A program made the position numbers and the translations under genes. 64,000 bases of DNA from Vicinamibacterales bacterium (lineage in GTDB: Bacteria; Acidobacteriota; Vicinamibacteria; Vicinamibacterales; JAMQPK01). Position 1 is the stretch's first letter. Each line of letters opens with the position of its first letter. Positions 19,286 to 28,925 of the stretch are shown here, in pieces. The stretch is taken from positions 68,113-132,112 of the forward strand of contig CAWGDY010000013.1 of NCBI GenBank assembly GCA_963821395.1, read 5' to 3'. The notes beneath the pieces are model-generated. The model saw only the letters and a program-made list of their open reading frames with translations. It ran no database searches and was not told the DNA's origin.

Positions 19286-21433
19286 TACAAGACGTACGCC
19301 GTAATCGAGTTCGTCCCGGGCAGGGCGATGTACTGCTTTCCGCCGACCATGAACGTCATCGGCGACCCTTGTGTCGTCTGCGAGATGTTGACGTTCCAGA
19401 GCGGCTTGCCCGTCTTCGCGTCGACGACCAGCAGTCCTCCGCCGCCGCCGAGAAAGATCAGTCCGCCCGCCGTCGACAGCACGCCCGACCGTCCCGCAGG
19501 AGCGGGCAGATCCCACACCTTCTTGCCGGTGAACGGATCGATCGCGCGGATGAACACGCCCGTCCGTAGTCCTTCAGTCAGCGCCGCCAGTTGCTCGCGC
19601 GCCTTGTCGCTGGGCGTGCCGCGGCCGAACCACCGGTTGTCGGCCGTGCGCCAGCGGATCGTCGTGCGACGTGTAGATGGCGCAACTGTCGCTGACACGC
19701 GCGTAGAAGAGCTTCGTCATCGGGTTGTACGACGTGCGCCTGGAAGTTCGCGCCGCCACCGCCCGCCGGGCACGCGGCCACGCCCTCTTTGGTCGCATAT
19801 CGACGCCGGATCGACAATCGGCTTGCCGTCGCTCGTGAACCCTTTGTGCCAGGTCACCTTCGTCGAGAGGTTCGCCGTCAGCAGGACTTCGCCGTTCGTG
19901 CGATCGAGAACGTAGAACATGCCGTTGCGGTCGCCGTGCATCAGCAGCTTGCGCGGCTTGCCCCTCCACATCTCGTCGACGAGCAGCATCGGCTGCACGG
20001 CGTCCCAGTCGTGCGTGTCGTGGGGTGAGAACTGGTAGTACCACTTCAGCTCGCCGGTCTTCGCGCTCAGCGCGACGACGCTCGAGGTGTAGAGGTTGTC
20101 GCCAATGCGCTCTTCTCCCGCGATGTCGGGACACGGATTGCCGATCGCCCAGTAGATCAAGTCGAGCTGCGGATCGTACGAGCCGGGCATCCAGGTCGCG
20201 CCGCAGCCGTGCTCGAGCGCCTGGCCGACCCAGGTCTCCGAGCCTTTTTCACCGCGCTTCGGAATCGAATACCACCGCCACACGCGTTCGCCGGTCGACG
20301 CGCGATAGGCATCGAGAAAGCCGCGCGCGCCTTCCTCGCCGCCCGCGACGCCCACGACGAGCAGATCGCCGACGGGCAAGCGGTGGCGACGTGGAACTGT
20401 AAGAGTCGGCGTGCGATCCCATTTCCGCGTCCCACAGCTTCTCTCCCGTGAACCGGTTGAACGCCAGAAGATGCGCGTGGTCGGTCACCATGAACGCCCT
20501 GTCGCCGCCGATCGTGACGCCGCGATTGGTGCCGATGCCGCCTTCGCTGAGAATGCCTTCGTGCGGGGCTGCGCTGTAGGTCCAGATCTGGCGGCCGGTC
20601 GTCGCGTCGAGCGCGAAGATTTCGTTCCACCCGTGACGTACATGATGCCGTCCTGCACGACGGGCGTCGACTGCACCGCTCGAGGATTGCCGGCAATCGG
20701 AAAAATCCAGGCGGCGCCCAGCCGTTGCACGTTGGATGCGTTGATCGAGCTCGAGCGGGCTGTAGCGATTGCTGGTCAGACTGCCGTCGTAGTGCGTCCA
20801 ATCCGCTTTGGGTGCAATCGGTTTCTCCCGGTAGACGTCGCCGTCTTTCGAGAGCGGCACGTACCTGCCGTTCTCCAGGAGCACGGCCGACACCTCTGAC
20901 TGCGCGAACAGCATGCCGGTCCGCGAGCGCCCGTCTGCCATCTTGATGGTGACCGTCTCGGCTCGAGTGACGGCCGTCGATCCGCGCGCAGGCTCGCTCG
21001 CGGCAGGCCCTGGCGACGAGCCAGCGCCGCGCGCCGGACCGCCTTCGCGGGCGGGACCGGCACCGCGCGCCGAAGCCGCAGCGCCCTCGAGACCCGCACC
21101 TCCTCCACGCCGGCCCGTGAAGCCGCCGGTCGCCATCGCGGGATTTGTCCCCGCCAGCTCGCGAACGCCCGCCAGCACCTGGCGAAGTTCGGCATCATCC
21201 AGCCGAAGAGGCGGCGTGTGCCGTCCACCAATCGCCGCCGTCATTTCCGCGTCGGTGTGATATCTCACGTACGTCAGAATCGGCGGCGCGCTCGCACCGG
21301 TCATGGCGGCTCCATGACAGCTGCCGCAGCGGCTCTGATAGGTGGCGACCGCCGGAGAAGGAGTCTGGGCCGACGCCGTGGACGCGACGAGCACCACTAC
21401 AACGCCGCCGATTCCCTGGACCATGCGCTTCAT
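19282..21433 (-). pseudogene. PQQ-dependent dehydrogenase (beta-propeller) fused to an N-terminal cytochrome c domain; at least 6 frameshifts
   Basis: Signal peptide plus CGSCH haem motif, then a G/A/R/P linker. Propeller segments lie in alternating frames: NVQRLGAAWIFPIAGNPRAVQSTPVVQDGIMYVTG; WNEIFALDATTGRQIWTY; PVGDLLVVGVAGGEEGARGFLDAYRASTGERVWRWY...HDTHDWD; AIDPFTGKKVWDLP...LLVVDAKTGKPLWNVN. Confidence 0.75.
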
Positions 21434-21450
21434 CTCTTGTCCTCGTGAAG

Positions 21451-21527
21451 GTCCGGCTGACCACCTCCGCCAAGGCTACGGTGGTCCGCCGTAGCTTCAG
21501 CGAAGGCGGAAGCCGGACACTACGTAC
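21451..21527. repeat. Composite REP-like nested palindrome, copy R4
   Basis: GTCCGGCTGACCACCTCCGCCAAGGCTACGGTGGTCCGCCGTAGCTTCAGCGAAGGCGGAAGCCGGACACTACGTAC, between the PQQ-dehydrogenase start and the amidohydrolase stop. Confidence 0.75.
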
Positions 21528-21530
21528 TCC

Positions 21531-22445
21531 TCAGGCTGGAATTTTCAGCAGCCTTGTGCTGTTTTCCCACGTGATCTTCCTGAACACGTTCGGTGAAGCC
21601 AGTTTCTTCAGCGCGGTCAGCGTGGCGCGCGCGACGCACCGGCCCGTGGTTCCGCCACGGCCGTCGGGGCACGGGCAATCGCTGCCAAACATCAGCTTGT
21701 TCTGATGCCGTTCGAGAAACCTGGCGGCAAACTCGGGATCGCGTGTGAGGAAGTTGTTGGCCGAGTTCGCCGACATGTCGGCATACAGGTTTGCGTAATC
21801 GCCGAGAAACTTATCGGTCACACCGCCTGGTTTGATCGGCCCCTTCGGATAGGACGTGTCCTCGGCATAGTCGGCACTGACGTTCGCCCAGAACGCATCG
21901 GCATGACCGATGAACGTCGTCCTGGGAAACGCCTTGAGCATGGCGTCGAATTTTTTCAGCCCGGTGTTGAACACACCCTGGCTTCCAGGCTGGGTGACTT
22001 CCTGGAAGTGAATCGTGATGGGAACATTCAGCTCGGCGGCAAGCGCATAGAGGCGCTGCATCTCGGGCCCCGCGGCCTCGACCTGCGACTTGATTTCTCC
22101 GAAGCCGATCGCGCCGTTCTGCACGGCCTTCCGCAACTGGTCAATCGCGTCGGGTTGCCTGACGTCGATGCTCGCGAATCGCACGAACCGGCCGGGATAG
22201 GCAGACACCACGGCTTTCGCACGATCCTCGGCGTTCACGTTCGTCAGCAGCACGGCCTTCGTGACGCCAGCCCCATCGAGGTGTATCGCGTTTCCATCCG
22301 CGGTCTGCCTGAGATGCAAGTGGATATCCAGCACGGGCCCGCCCCACTCGTTTGCAGCGGGAGTCTGGGCAGAGAGCCGCGAGGCCGCGGCGACGGCAAG
22401 CGCCGATTGCAGGAATTCCCGCCTGTTTTTCAGATGGCTTTTCAT
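21531..22445 (-). CDS. Amidohydrolase-2 family metal hydrolase (TIM barrel) with Tat signal
   Basis: MKSHLKNRREFLQSALAVAAASRLSAQ is a twin-arginine signal. Also VLDIHLHL metal motif, FIGHADAFW and MFGSDCPC. Confidence 0.75.
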   Translation of the reverse strand: MKSHLKNRREFLQSALAVAAASRLSAQTPAANEWGGPVLDIHLHLRQTADGNAIHLDGAGVTKAVLLTNVNAEDRAKAVVSAYPGRFVRFASIDVRQPDAIDQLRKAVQNGAIGFGEIKSQVEAAGPEMQRLYALAAELNVPITIHFQEVTQPGSQGVFNTGLKKFDAMLKAFPRTTFIGHADAFWANVSADYAEDTSYPKGPIKPGGVTDKFLGDYANLYADMSANSANNFLTRDPEFAARFLERHQNKLMFGSDCPCPDGRGGTTGRCVARATLTALKKLASPNVFRKITWENSTRLLKIPA

Positions 22446-22462
22446 CGTTGCGCTCCTTCGCT

Positions 22463-22511
22463 CCGGCTAAAGCCGGGCCCTACCTTAGCCCGGCTGAAGC
22501 CGGGCCCTACC
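22463..22511. repeat. Two tandem REP-like hairpins, copy R5
   Basis: CCGGC-TAAA-GCCGG-GCCCTACC, then TTAG, then CCCGGC-TGAA-GCCGGG-CCCTACC. Confidence 0.75.
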
Positions 22512-22513
22512 GA

Positions 22514-23728
22514 TCAATCGGAAACCGGTTTCGTGGGATCGACCCACAGCCAGCACGTCGCACCCAGCAGGAAGAGACCTCCGGTCAGATACAGCGGCGC
22601 ACTCCAGTTCGAGAATCGTTGAACCACGAACGCCACGAGAATGGGACTGAAAATCGCGCCAACCTGGCCCGACGTGTTCATGGCCGCGCTCACCGAACCC
22701 GCCCGCCGGCCGCCGATGTCGAGACACGTGGCCCAGGCCGAACCGAGAAGAAAATTCGACGAGGCGCCTCCAAGCGCAATCAGCAACGCCGACGCAACCG
22801 GCGATGACGTGAACGTGCCGGAAATCGTGAAAAGGCCCGCCGCGGCCAGCGCACCACCGCCGGCGATGATGCGGCCGAGCCGGAGACCGAGTCGCTTCAC
22901 CGCACGATCGGTCGTAACGCCACCGAAAAAATCGGCAGCGACGCTGAACATCAGCGGACAGCCCGCGAGGATGCTGCCCGTGACCCCCGTCAGGCCTCTC
23001 GAAGCGAGGTAGGTCGGCAGCCAGGTGACGTAGAACGCATTGCCGAACGTCTGCGTGAAGTACATCAGGCAGAGGCAGACCACCGTGCGATTGGCCAGCA
23101 ACCTCTTCCACTGGGTGGCCTCCAGCACGTGACCGGTGTCGGCCGCTGCGCCATCTTCGATGTAGGCGCGCTCCGCCGCGCTGACATCGGGATGCTCGGC
23201 CGGCCCGTCGCGAAACCAGCGAAACCAAACGACTGCCCAGATGAAACCGACCGATCCGAACAGGACGAACAGCGTCCGCCAGTCCATGATCCCGAGCAGC
23301 GCGGTCGCCAGCAGCGGAGTGAGTCCGCCCATGAGGTGCGCGCCCATGAAGAAAATGCCTTGCACGGTACCGCGCTCGCGCCGCGGAAACCAGCGCGAGA
23401 ACGTGCGCGCGACGTTCGGCCACGCGCCGGCTTCTCCCGCACCGAAGAGAAAACGCACGGCCAAGAGCGACGGATAGCTGAACGCGAAGCCCGTCAGCAC
23501 GGTAAACGACGACCACCAGCAGACGATGCGCGTCAGCACGCGCCGCGTGCCCACCCGGTCGCCCCACCAGCCCGTCGGGATCTCGAAGAGCGCGTAGGAC
23601 AGATAGAACGCGCTGAAGACGTAGCCCATCTGCGTCGAATCGAGATTGAGATCGCGCGCGATGTGCGGCCGCGCCACGCCGATAGCAACTCGATCGAGAT
23701 AGGTAATGGCCGCCAGCGTCACCGTCAT
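22514..23728 (-). CDS. MFS transporter, anion:cation symporter (hexuronate/galactonate-like) family
   Basis: ITYLDRVAIGVARPHIARDLNLDSTQMGYVFSAFYLSYALFEIPTGWWGDRVGTRRVL and FLFGAGEAGAWPN are typical ACS-family MFS motifs. The 625 aa ORF-track version carries a spurious N-terminal extension. An alternative GTG start lies at 23737. Confidence 0.8.
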   Translation of the reverse strand: MTVTLAAITYLDRVAIGVARPHIARDLNLDSTQMGYVFSAFYLSYALFEIPTGWWGDRVGTRRVLTRIVCWWSSFTVLTGFAFSYPSLLAVRFLFGAGEAGAWPNVARTFSRWFPRRERGTVQGIFFMGAHLMGGLTPLLATALLGIMDWRTLFVLFGSVGFIWAVVWFRWFRDGPAEHPDVSAAERAYIEDGAAADTGHVLEATQWKRLLANRTVVCLCLMYFTQTFGNAFYVTWLPTYLASRGLTGVTGSILAGCPLMFSVAADFFGGVTTDRAVKRLGLRLGRIIAGGGALAAAGLFTISGTFTSSPVASALLIALGGASSNFLLGSAWATCLDIGGRRAGSVSAAMNTSGQVGAIFSPILVAFVVQRFSNWSAPLYLTGGLFLLGATCWLWVDPTKPVSD

Positions 23729-23827
23729 GGCGAGCACTTTCCGCCGGACGCGGGTATCACCCGGATCCGCCGCGGTGGAGGCGATAGGCAGGGCCACTAA
23801 GGGGATTAATGATAACTTCTCCCGAGC

Positions 23828-24814
23828 ATGCCGGGTACGATTCCGAAAATCCTCGTCACCGACACGGAATATGGCAAAGCGGAACCTCGCTTCACGAAGG
23901 CGCGGGGGTTCGAATGCCTCAGCACGCCCGGAAACGAAGAAGATCTGGCGGCAGCCGTCAGGAAGTTTCAGGCCCGATACGTCATCGTGGGCGGCCGCAG
24001 GTTCGCGGGAGCCCTTTACGAGGCATTGCCCCGTGGTGGCGTCATCGCGCGCTTCGGCGTCGGCTACGACGGCCTCGATTTGAAGCGAGCGACGGAGGCC
24101 GGCCTGCTGTGCACCAACACACCGGGCGTGCTGGACCAGTCGGTGGCCGAACACACCATGCTGCTCGTCGCGGCGGCGGCCAAAGGGCTCGTCCCGGCGG
24201 CGGCAGCCATGGTGACCAGCGTCTGGAATCCGGCCACGGGGATAGAACTGCGGGGAAAGCGGCTGGCGATCGTGGGGTGTGGCGAGATCGGACGCGCGGC
24301 CGCGCGTATCGCCGCGCTCGGCTACCTCATGCAGGTCGTCGGCTGCACCAGCCCTCGCTCGGCTCCGCCGGCCACCCTCGAGCACTTTCACGCCGTGACG
24401 AACGACTTTTCAGCCGCTGTTCGCGGCGCCGACTTCGTCAGCATCCATATCCCGGCCAACGCCGATAACGCGGGGTTCATCAATCGCGAGCGTCTGGCGT
24501 CGTTCGACAAACGGGCCTGGCTCGTCAACACGGCCCGCGGGGCGGTTGTCGACGAAGCCGCTCTCTTCGACGCGCTGGCTGGCGGCCGCCTGGCCGGAGC
24601 CGCGCTCGACGTGTTCGAACGCGAGCCCTACGTTCCGGCGGCGGGCAGCGGCGACCTGCGTTCGTTGCCGAATGTCATCCTGACGCCGCACGTCGGCAGC
24701 AACACCGTCGAAGCCAACGATCGCATGGCCGAGCGCGCGCTGCAGAACATCGCGTTTGCCGAAGCGCGCGAGTTCACCCGGATGGATCTGCTCAATCGAA
24801 GCGTCCTGCCGTAA
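23828..24814 (+). CDS. D-isomer-specific 2-hydroxyacid dehydrogenase (NAD-binding)
   Basis: LRGKRLAIVGCGEIGRAAARIA dinucleotide fold, NTARGAVVDEAAL, and LTPHVGS catalytic His region. Confidence 0.85.
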   Translation: MPGTIPKILVTDTEYGKAEPRFTKARGFECLSTPGNEEDLAAAVRKFQARYVIVGGRRFAGALYEALPRGGVIARFGVGYDGLDLKRATEAGLLCTNTPGVLDQSVAEHTMLLVAAAAKGLVPAAAAMVTSVWNPATGIELRGKRLAIVGCGEIGRAAARIAALGYLMQVVGCTSPRSAPPATLEHFHAVTNDFSAAVRGADFVSIHIPANADNAGFINRERLASFDKRAWLVNTARGAVVDEAALFDALAGGRLAGAALDVFEREPYVPAAGSGDLRSLPNVILTPHVGSNTVEANDRMAERALQNIAFAEAREFTRMDLLNRSVLP

Positions 24815-25847
24815 CCGCCATCTCGATCATCGTCTCGCTGTGCACGAACGCCCCGCGCTCGTCTTCGAGCGTGGCCACGACCTTCTTCGATCGGGTGTCG
24901 ATGACGTCACCCGTGGAGGGGTAAGCGAACCGGCCATCGATCCCGAACGTGATCCAGCGAGGCTGCGCGCGAACCTCGATCGTGGTGGTGGGAACGGGCG
25001 GATAGGTCGTCGCATCGAACACGTGAATGCGGTTGTCGACGCCGTCGGCCACCCACAGTTCGCGTTCATCCGGCGTAAGGGCGATGCCGTGGCTGGGGCA
25101 TTCGAACTTGCCTGCCGCCTCCATCTGGTAGCCCTCGATGACCACGCGATCGAGAATCAGTCCGGTCTGCAGATCCGCCACCTCGAAGCCGACCAGGCCG
25201 TCGACGTTCGCAAACGCCCGCGAGGCCTTGCCGTCGATCGTGAACGGGCACACGAAGCTCGAGAACGGCCCGATTTCCCTGATCGGCTTGTGCGTCTTCG
25301 TCTCGACGACGGTCAGGACGGATGATTCCCATGCTGCAAGAAATGCGTGCGCACCGTCACGTGAGAAAAGGGTCTGCCGCGGATACCCGGGAACGTCGAT
25401 CGTCGTGACCAGATCGCCCCGTTCGGCATCGACGACGTACCACTTCGGGGTTCCGAACGAGGGTGCGTAGATCGTCGCGCCGTCGGGAGACAGCGCAATG
25501 CGATCGCAGCAGCGGCCATCGTAGGTTTTTTCCCAGACGATCTTCCCGCTGGCCAGATCGAATGCCGCGAGGCGCTTCACCGTGCCGACATACAAACGCC
25601 CGGTTCGCGCGTTGGCCGCCACGCCACGCACGTTTTCGGGCTGCTGCCCCGCCGGCACGGGCCACGTGGGAATGCGCTTGAGGAACTTGTGGCCGGCATC
25701 GATATCGAACACGAGGATGCCGACGCCCTGGTATTCCACCTGGCTGGTCGAACCGGGTACGACGACGAACAGCAGCCGTCGAGCCGGCTGGGCCGCCAGT
25801 GGCCCGGTGACGAGGAAGACGATGAGAAGGAGGATCAGCCGCCGCAA
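24792..25847 (-). CDS. Secreted YVTN/YncE-like beta-propeller protein
   Basis: Signal MRRLILLLIVFLVTGPLAAQ. Repeated blade-like strings: RLYVGT, IALSPDGATIYAP, TLFSRDGAHAFLA, IALTPDERELWVA, ITFGIDGRFAYPS. Confidence 0.65.
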   Translation of the reverse strand: MRRLILLLIVFLVTGPLAAQPARRLLFVVVPGSTSQVEYQGVGILVFDIDAGHKFLKRIPTWPVPAGQQPENVRGVAANARTGRLYVGTVKRLAAFDLASGKIVWEKTYDGRCCDRIALSPDGATIYAPSFGTPKWYVVDAERGDLVTTIDVPGYPRQTLFSRDGAHAFLAAWESSVLTVVETKTHKPIREIGPFSSFVCPFTIDGKASRAFANVDGLVGFEVADLQTGLILDRVVIEGYQMEAAGKFECPSHGIALTPDERELWVADGVDNRIHVFDATTYPPVPTTTIEVRAQPRWITFGIDGRFAYPSTGDVIDTRSKKVVATLEDERGAFVHSETMIEMAVTAGRFD

Positions 25848-26656
25848 GTGGGTTGCAGCGTTTCGAGCGACGTGATGTTAATCCGGCTCAGCGTCGGGCG
25901 CCGAATCAGAAACCCGCGGACTTCCACCTTCTGGCCGATCGCGCGTTCGGGCGAGTAGGCCGCCGAGACCATCAGGTCGAATGTCTCCGAGCCCAGCGGC
26001 ATGTTCGCGGCGGCGCTCTTTTCCTCGGCGCTCGGCTGCGGGTTTCCCGAGCGGGCCGGCTCGGTTGTATTCGTCAGCAGCCATGCCCGGTCCGATTGCG
26101 TCAGACAACCCACGACGCGAACGAGCGAAAAGTTCGGCACCGGCTCGGGTCCGGTTTTCGACACGACCTGAACGTTCGCGAGCTGCGCGGCCTGAAGCTC
26201 TTCGGACCCGGCGGGAAATTCGTTCATCTTCAACAGGTAGCTCACGATGTCGACGTAGGCCTCGTCGCTGAGGCTCCCTGCCGCGCCGCGCGGCATCGTC
26301 GTCCTGGTTTTGTCGAAGAGCAGATGCAGGCTCGCCTCGCGGAACTTCTCCATGAAGCGGCTTCCTCGGAGCAGCCCGCTGTAACCGCTCAGGTCCTCTC
26401 TGTGACAGTTCGCACAGTGCGTGGCGTACTGATGCTGACCCCGCGCCGCCTGATCCTCGGAATACACGCCGTCCCACACGGTCTTCGCGGTCGATTCCGT
26501 CGACTGCGCAGCCGCGCCGATGGTCGCCGCAAGGACAACTCGCGATGAGTACGATGTCCGGCTTCCGCCTTCGCCAAGGCTATGGCGGGTCGCGCCAAAG
26601 CTCGCCTGTTTCCCGCGAGCGACGGCGGAAGCCGGACCGTGATCGCGCTGCATCAT
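25835..26656 (-). CDS. Monohaem cytochrome c with a C-terminal beta-rich domain (paralog 1); the 5' end runs through a REP-like element
   Basis: CANCH haem motif, TTMPRGAAGSLSDEAYVDIVSYLL, C-terminal VVGCLTQ...LQPTCGG. The first roughly 35 codons (ASFGATRHSLGEGGSRTSYS) are encoded by repeat R6, so the true start is uncertain. Confidence 0.65.
   Translation of the reverse strand: MMQRDHGPASAVARGKQASFGATRHSLGEGGSRTSYSSRVVLAATIGAAAQSTESTAKTVWDGVYSEDQAARGQHQYATHCANCHREDLSGYSGLLRGSRFMEKFREASLHLLFDKTRTTMPRGAAGSLSDEAYVDIVSYLLKMNEFPAGSEELQAAQLANVQVVSKTGPEPVPNFSLVRVVGCLTQSDRAWLLTNTTEPARSGNPQPSAEEKSAAANMPLGSETFDLMVSAAYSPERAIGQKVEVRGFLIRRPTLSRINITSLETLQPTCGG
26548..26637. repeat. Composite REP-like nested palindrome, copy R6
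   Basis: AGTACGATGTCCGGCTTCCGCCTTCGCCAAGGCTATGGCGGGTCGCGCCAAAGCTCGCC...GACGGCGGAAGCCGGAC. The termini GTCCGGCTTCCGCC and GGCGGAAGCCGGAC are inverted. It lies in the 5' end of the cytochrome c paralog 1 ORF. Confidence 0.75.
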
Positions 26657-27409
26657 TGGCAGCTTGGCGCGATCGAGTCGATCGAGCTGATTGTCATCCG
26701 CTGTTCACCCGGCAATCTGATCAGGAGGCCCCTGACGTACATTTTTTCGCCCTTGTGCGATTGCGGGTCGTACGCCATCGCATCGAGCAGGCGGAATTCC
26801 TGCGTGCCGAGTGGCGTCGCGGCTGCGGCGCTCTTGTCCGGCGCGGGCGATCCTGTCGGCCGCAGACCCACGGGTTCGCTGGCCTTCGACAGCAGCCATG
26901 TGTTCTCGGGCCCCGGCACGAGACACCCCACGACCTCGACGTACGAGAAGTCGCCCACGGGCGGTGGGGGCTTCGGCCGGCCCGGCAACACGTTGATGCT
27001 CGAGAGCCCCTCGGCCGTCAGATCCTGTGTCCCTGCCGGAAATCCGTTCTCCCTGAGCACGTGCGCGACGATGTCGAGATACACCGTGTCGCCCATGCTC
27101 GCCGGCGCGCCGCGCGGCATGGTGGTCGCAATCTTGGTGTAGAACGTTTTCAAATCCTTGCCGGCGAAGATTCTGGCGAACCGATCGCCTCGCAGCGCTG
27201 GACCGTTTGCACCGCCGAGATCCGGACGATGACAGCCGCTGCAGGCGTTGTCGTAGGCGGCCGCGCCGCGATCGGCCTGTTCCTCGGTGTACACGCCGTC
27301 CGCAACAGTTTTGACCTGCTCCTGTGCGCGAACGGTCCAGTCGACGATGCCTGTCGCGAGAACGACTGTGATGGCCAGGCACGAAAGCGCGAACGTTGTC
27401 GGGGCGCAT
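26653..27409 (-). pseudogene. Monohaem cytochrome c with a C-terminal beta-rich domain (paralog 2); one frameshift in the signal peptide
   Basis: CSGCH motif, TTMPRGAPASMGDTVYLDIVAHVL, VVGCLVP...IAPSCQ. The ATG at 27409 gives MRPDNVRAF. Dropping one C restores VLAITVVLATGIVDWTVRAQEQ, in frame with the main ORF. Confidence 0.7.
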
Positions 27410-28749
27410 TCAGCGTTTCGAGGGAATCTTGGGCGTCGTGCCGCTTTCGGTGATGAGCTTCGTCAGCAGATCGACGGCCAGGTCGACCGGCAGACCGTCG
27501 GCCAACGCGATCGGCGTCCGCCCCGCCGCGTTCATCTCGTCGAGCTTCGCGCCACGATCGGCCAGGAACTGCATCACTTCGACGACCTCGGGCTGCGTTC
27601 GCCCGTTCATGCCGACCGCGACGTGCATGATCGAGTTCTGCGTGGGCGTCGTGACCACATCGACATCCGGATCGAGCTCGTAGGCGTATGTGAAGGTCTT
27701 CAGCCGTGCGCCTCCGGCAGCGGCCATCAAGACACTCGACCCGTCCTGCGCCCTCAGCTTCGGATCGGCGCCGCCAGCCACGAGCGCGCGCATGATCTCT
27801 TCGTAATCGCCGCGCGCGGCCATCATCAGCGGCGTCTGCTCGCCGGCGGCGGTTCGGAAGCCGCCGCCACCACCGCCCCCGCCCGCGGGCAGCTGCGACC
27901 GCGGCGTGCGGACGTTCGGATCGGCGCCTTTCTCGAGCAGCTTCTTGACGAGCGCGAGATCGCCGACCTGAGCGGCCAGATGGAGCGGCGTGTTGCCCGA
28001 GCGATCGCGGCTGTTGACGTCGGCGCCGGCGTCGAGCAGCGCAATCGCCGCCGCGGTGTGACGGTACGCCATCGCCACCATCAGCGGGTTGCTTCCCGAC
28101 GGCAGCGTGTAGTTCGGATCGGCACCGGCCTTCAGGAGGACCGCGATCGTCTCGACGTCGTTCTTCGTCGTCGCAAAGACCAGCGGCGTGAACCCGTTCT
28201 TCGAAACGGCTTTCGGGTTGGCTCCGATCTCGACGAGCACTCTCGACGACGTCGGCGTGCCCTTCGGCGGCCGCCCACATGAGCGCGGTCTGGCCGCGGC
28301 GAGGGTCGGCGACGTTCACGTCGGCGCCATGCAGCACGAGCTGGCGCACGGCATCGACGCTGCCCGCACCGGCCGCGATCATCAGGGCGGTCTCGCCGTT
28401 CCATCGCGTGGTGTTCGCATTGGCGCCGGCGGCCATCAGCCGCTGGACGAGCGCCGCGTCGCCGTTCGCGGCGGCGAGCGTCAGCGGCGTCTCGCCGTAC
28501 TCGTCGACGGTATTCGACCTGGCGCCGGCCGCGAGGAGCGCTTCGGCCATCGACCGCTCGCCGAGGTGGACGGCCCACGCCAGCGCGGTCGCGCCATCGG
28601 GCTGTGCCGCGTTGACGTCGGCTTTGGCGCGGAGCAGCGACGGGAAGCGCTTTCGCATCGCGCCGCTTCACCGCGTCGAGCACGCGGAGATCTTTTGCTG
28701 GGCGGATACTGCGCGACTGGACGAGAGTCAGGACCAACGCGACGATCAC
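27410..28749 (-). pseudogene. Ankyrin-repeat protein with N-terminal membrane/signal segment; two frameshifts
   Basis: MIVALVLTLVQSRSIRPAKDLRVLDAVKRRD, then GATALAWAVHLGERSMAEALLAAGA...GETPLTLAAANGDAALVQRLMAAGANAN...GQTALMWAAAEGH, then GFTPLVFATTKNDVETIAVLLKAGADPN...GNTPLHLAAQVGDLALVKKLLEKGADPN. These repeated ankyrin consensus strings lie in three frames. Confidence 0.75.
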
Positions 28750-28750
28750 G

Positions 28751-28777
28751 GCCGGCTAACAGCCGGACACTACGTAC
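28751..28777. repeat. REP-like hairpin + tail, copy R7
   Basis: GCCGGC-TAAC-AGCCGGAC-ACTACGTAC, immediately upstream of the ankyrin gene start. Confidence 0.7.
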
Positions 28778-28779
28778 GG

Positions 28780-28925
28780 CAGCCCGACGCACCTATCGCA
28801 CCCAACGCACCCCTCGCACTCCTCGCTAAAGCCCTGTGCCACTGCCGCCCGGCAGGGCCGAACCCGCGAACCCCACGAACCTCACGAACCCGACGAACCC
28901 ACGAACCTACGAACCCACGAACCAT
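28780..28925. repeat. Tandem octamer arrays D (YCGCACCY x4, central hairpin, then CACGAACC-like x7)
   Basis: GACGCACC TATCGCACC CAACGCACC CCTCGCAC...GCCCTG-tgccactgccgcccgg-CAGGGC...GCGAACC CCACGAACC TCACGAACC CGACGAACC CACGAACC TACGAACC CACGAACC. It fills the gap between the DUF1552 stop and the ankyrin start. Confidence 0.8.

Noticed and set aside
23729-24391. N-terminal extension of about 220 aa on the MFS transporter ORF (ORF-track start 24391)
   Set aside because: The extension overlaps the divergent 2-hydroxyacid dehydrogenase gene in antisense and is R/G/A-rich. MFS motifs begin only after the Met at 23728.
28780-28925. Possible CRISPR array (regular short repeats)
   Set aside because: The units are only 8 nt and directly abut one another, with no unique spacers. 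There is no leader and no cas genes in the window. The same reasoning applies to the other tandem arrays.
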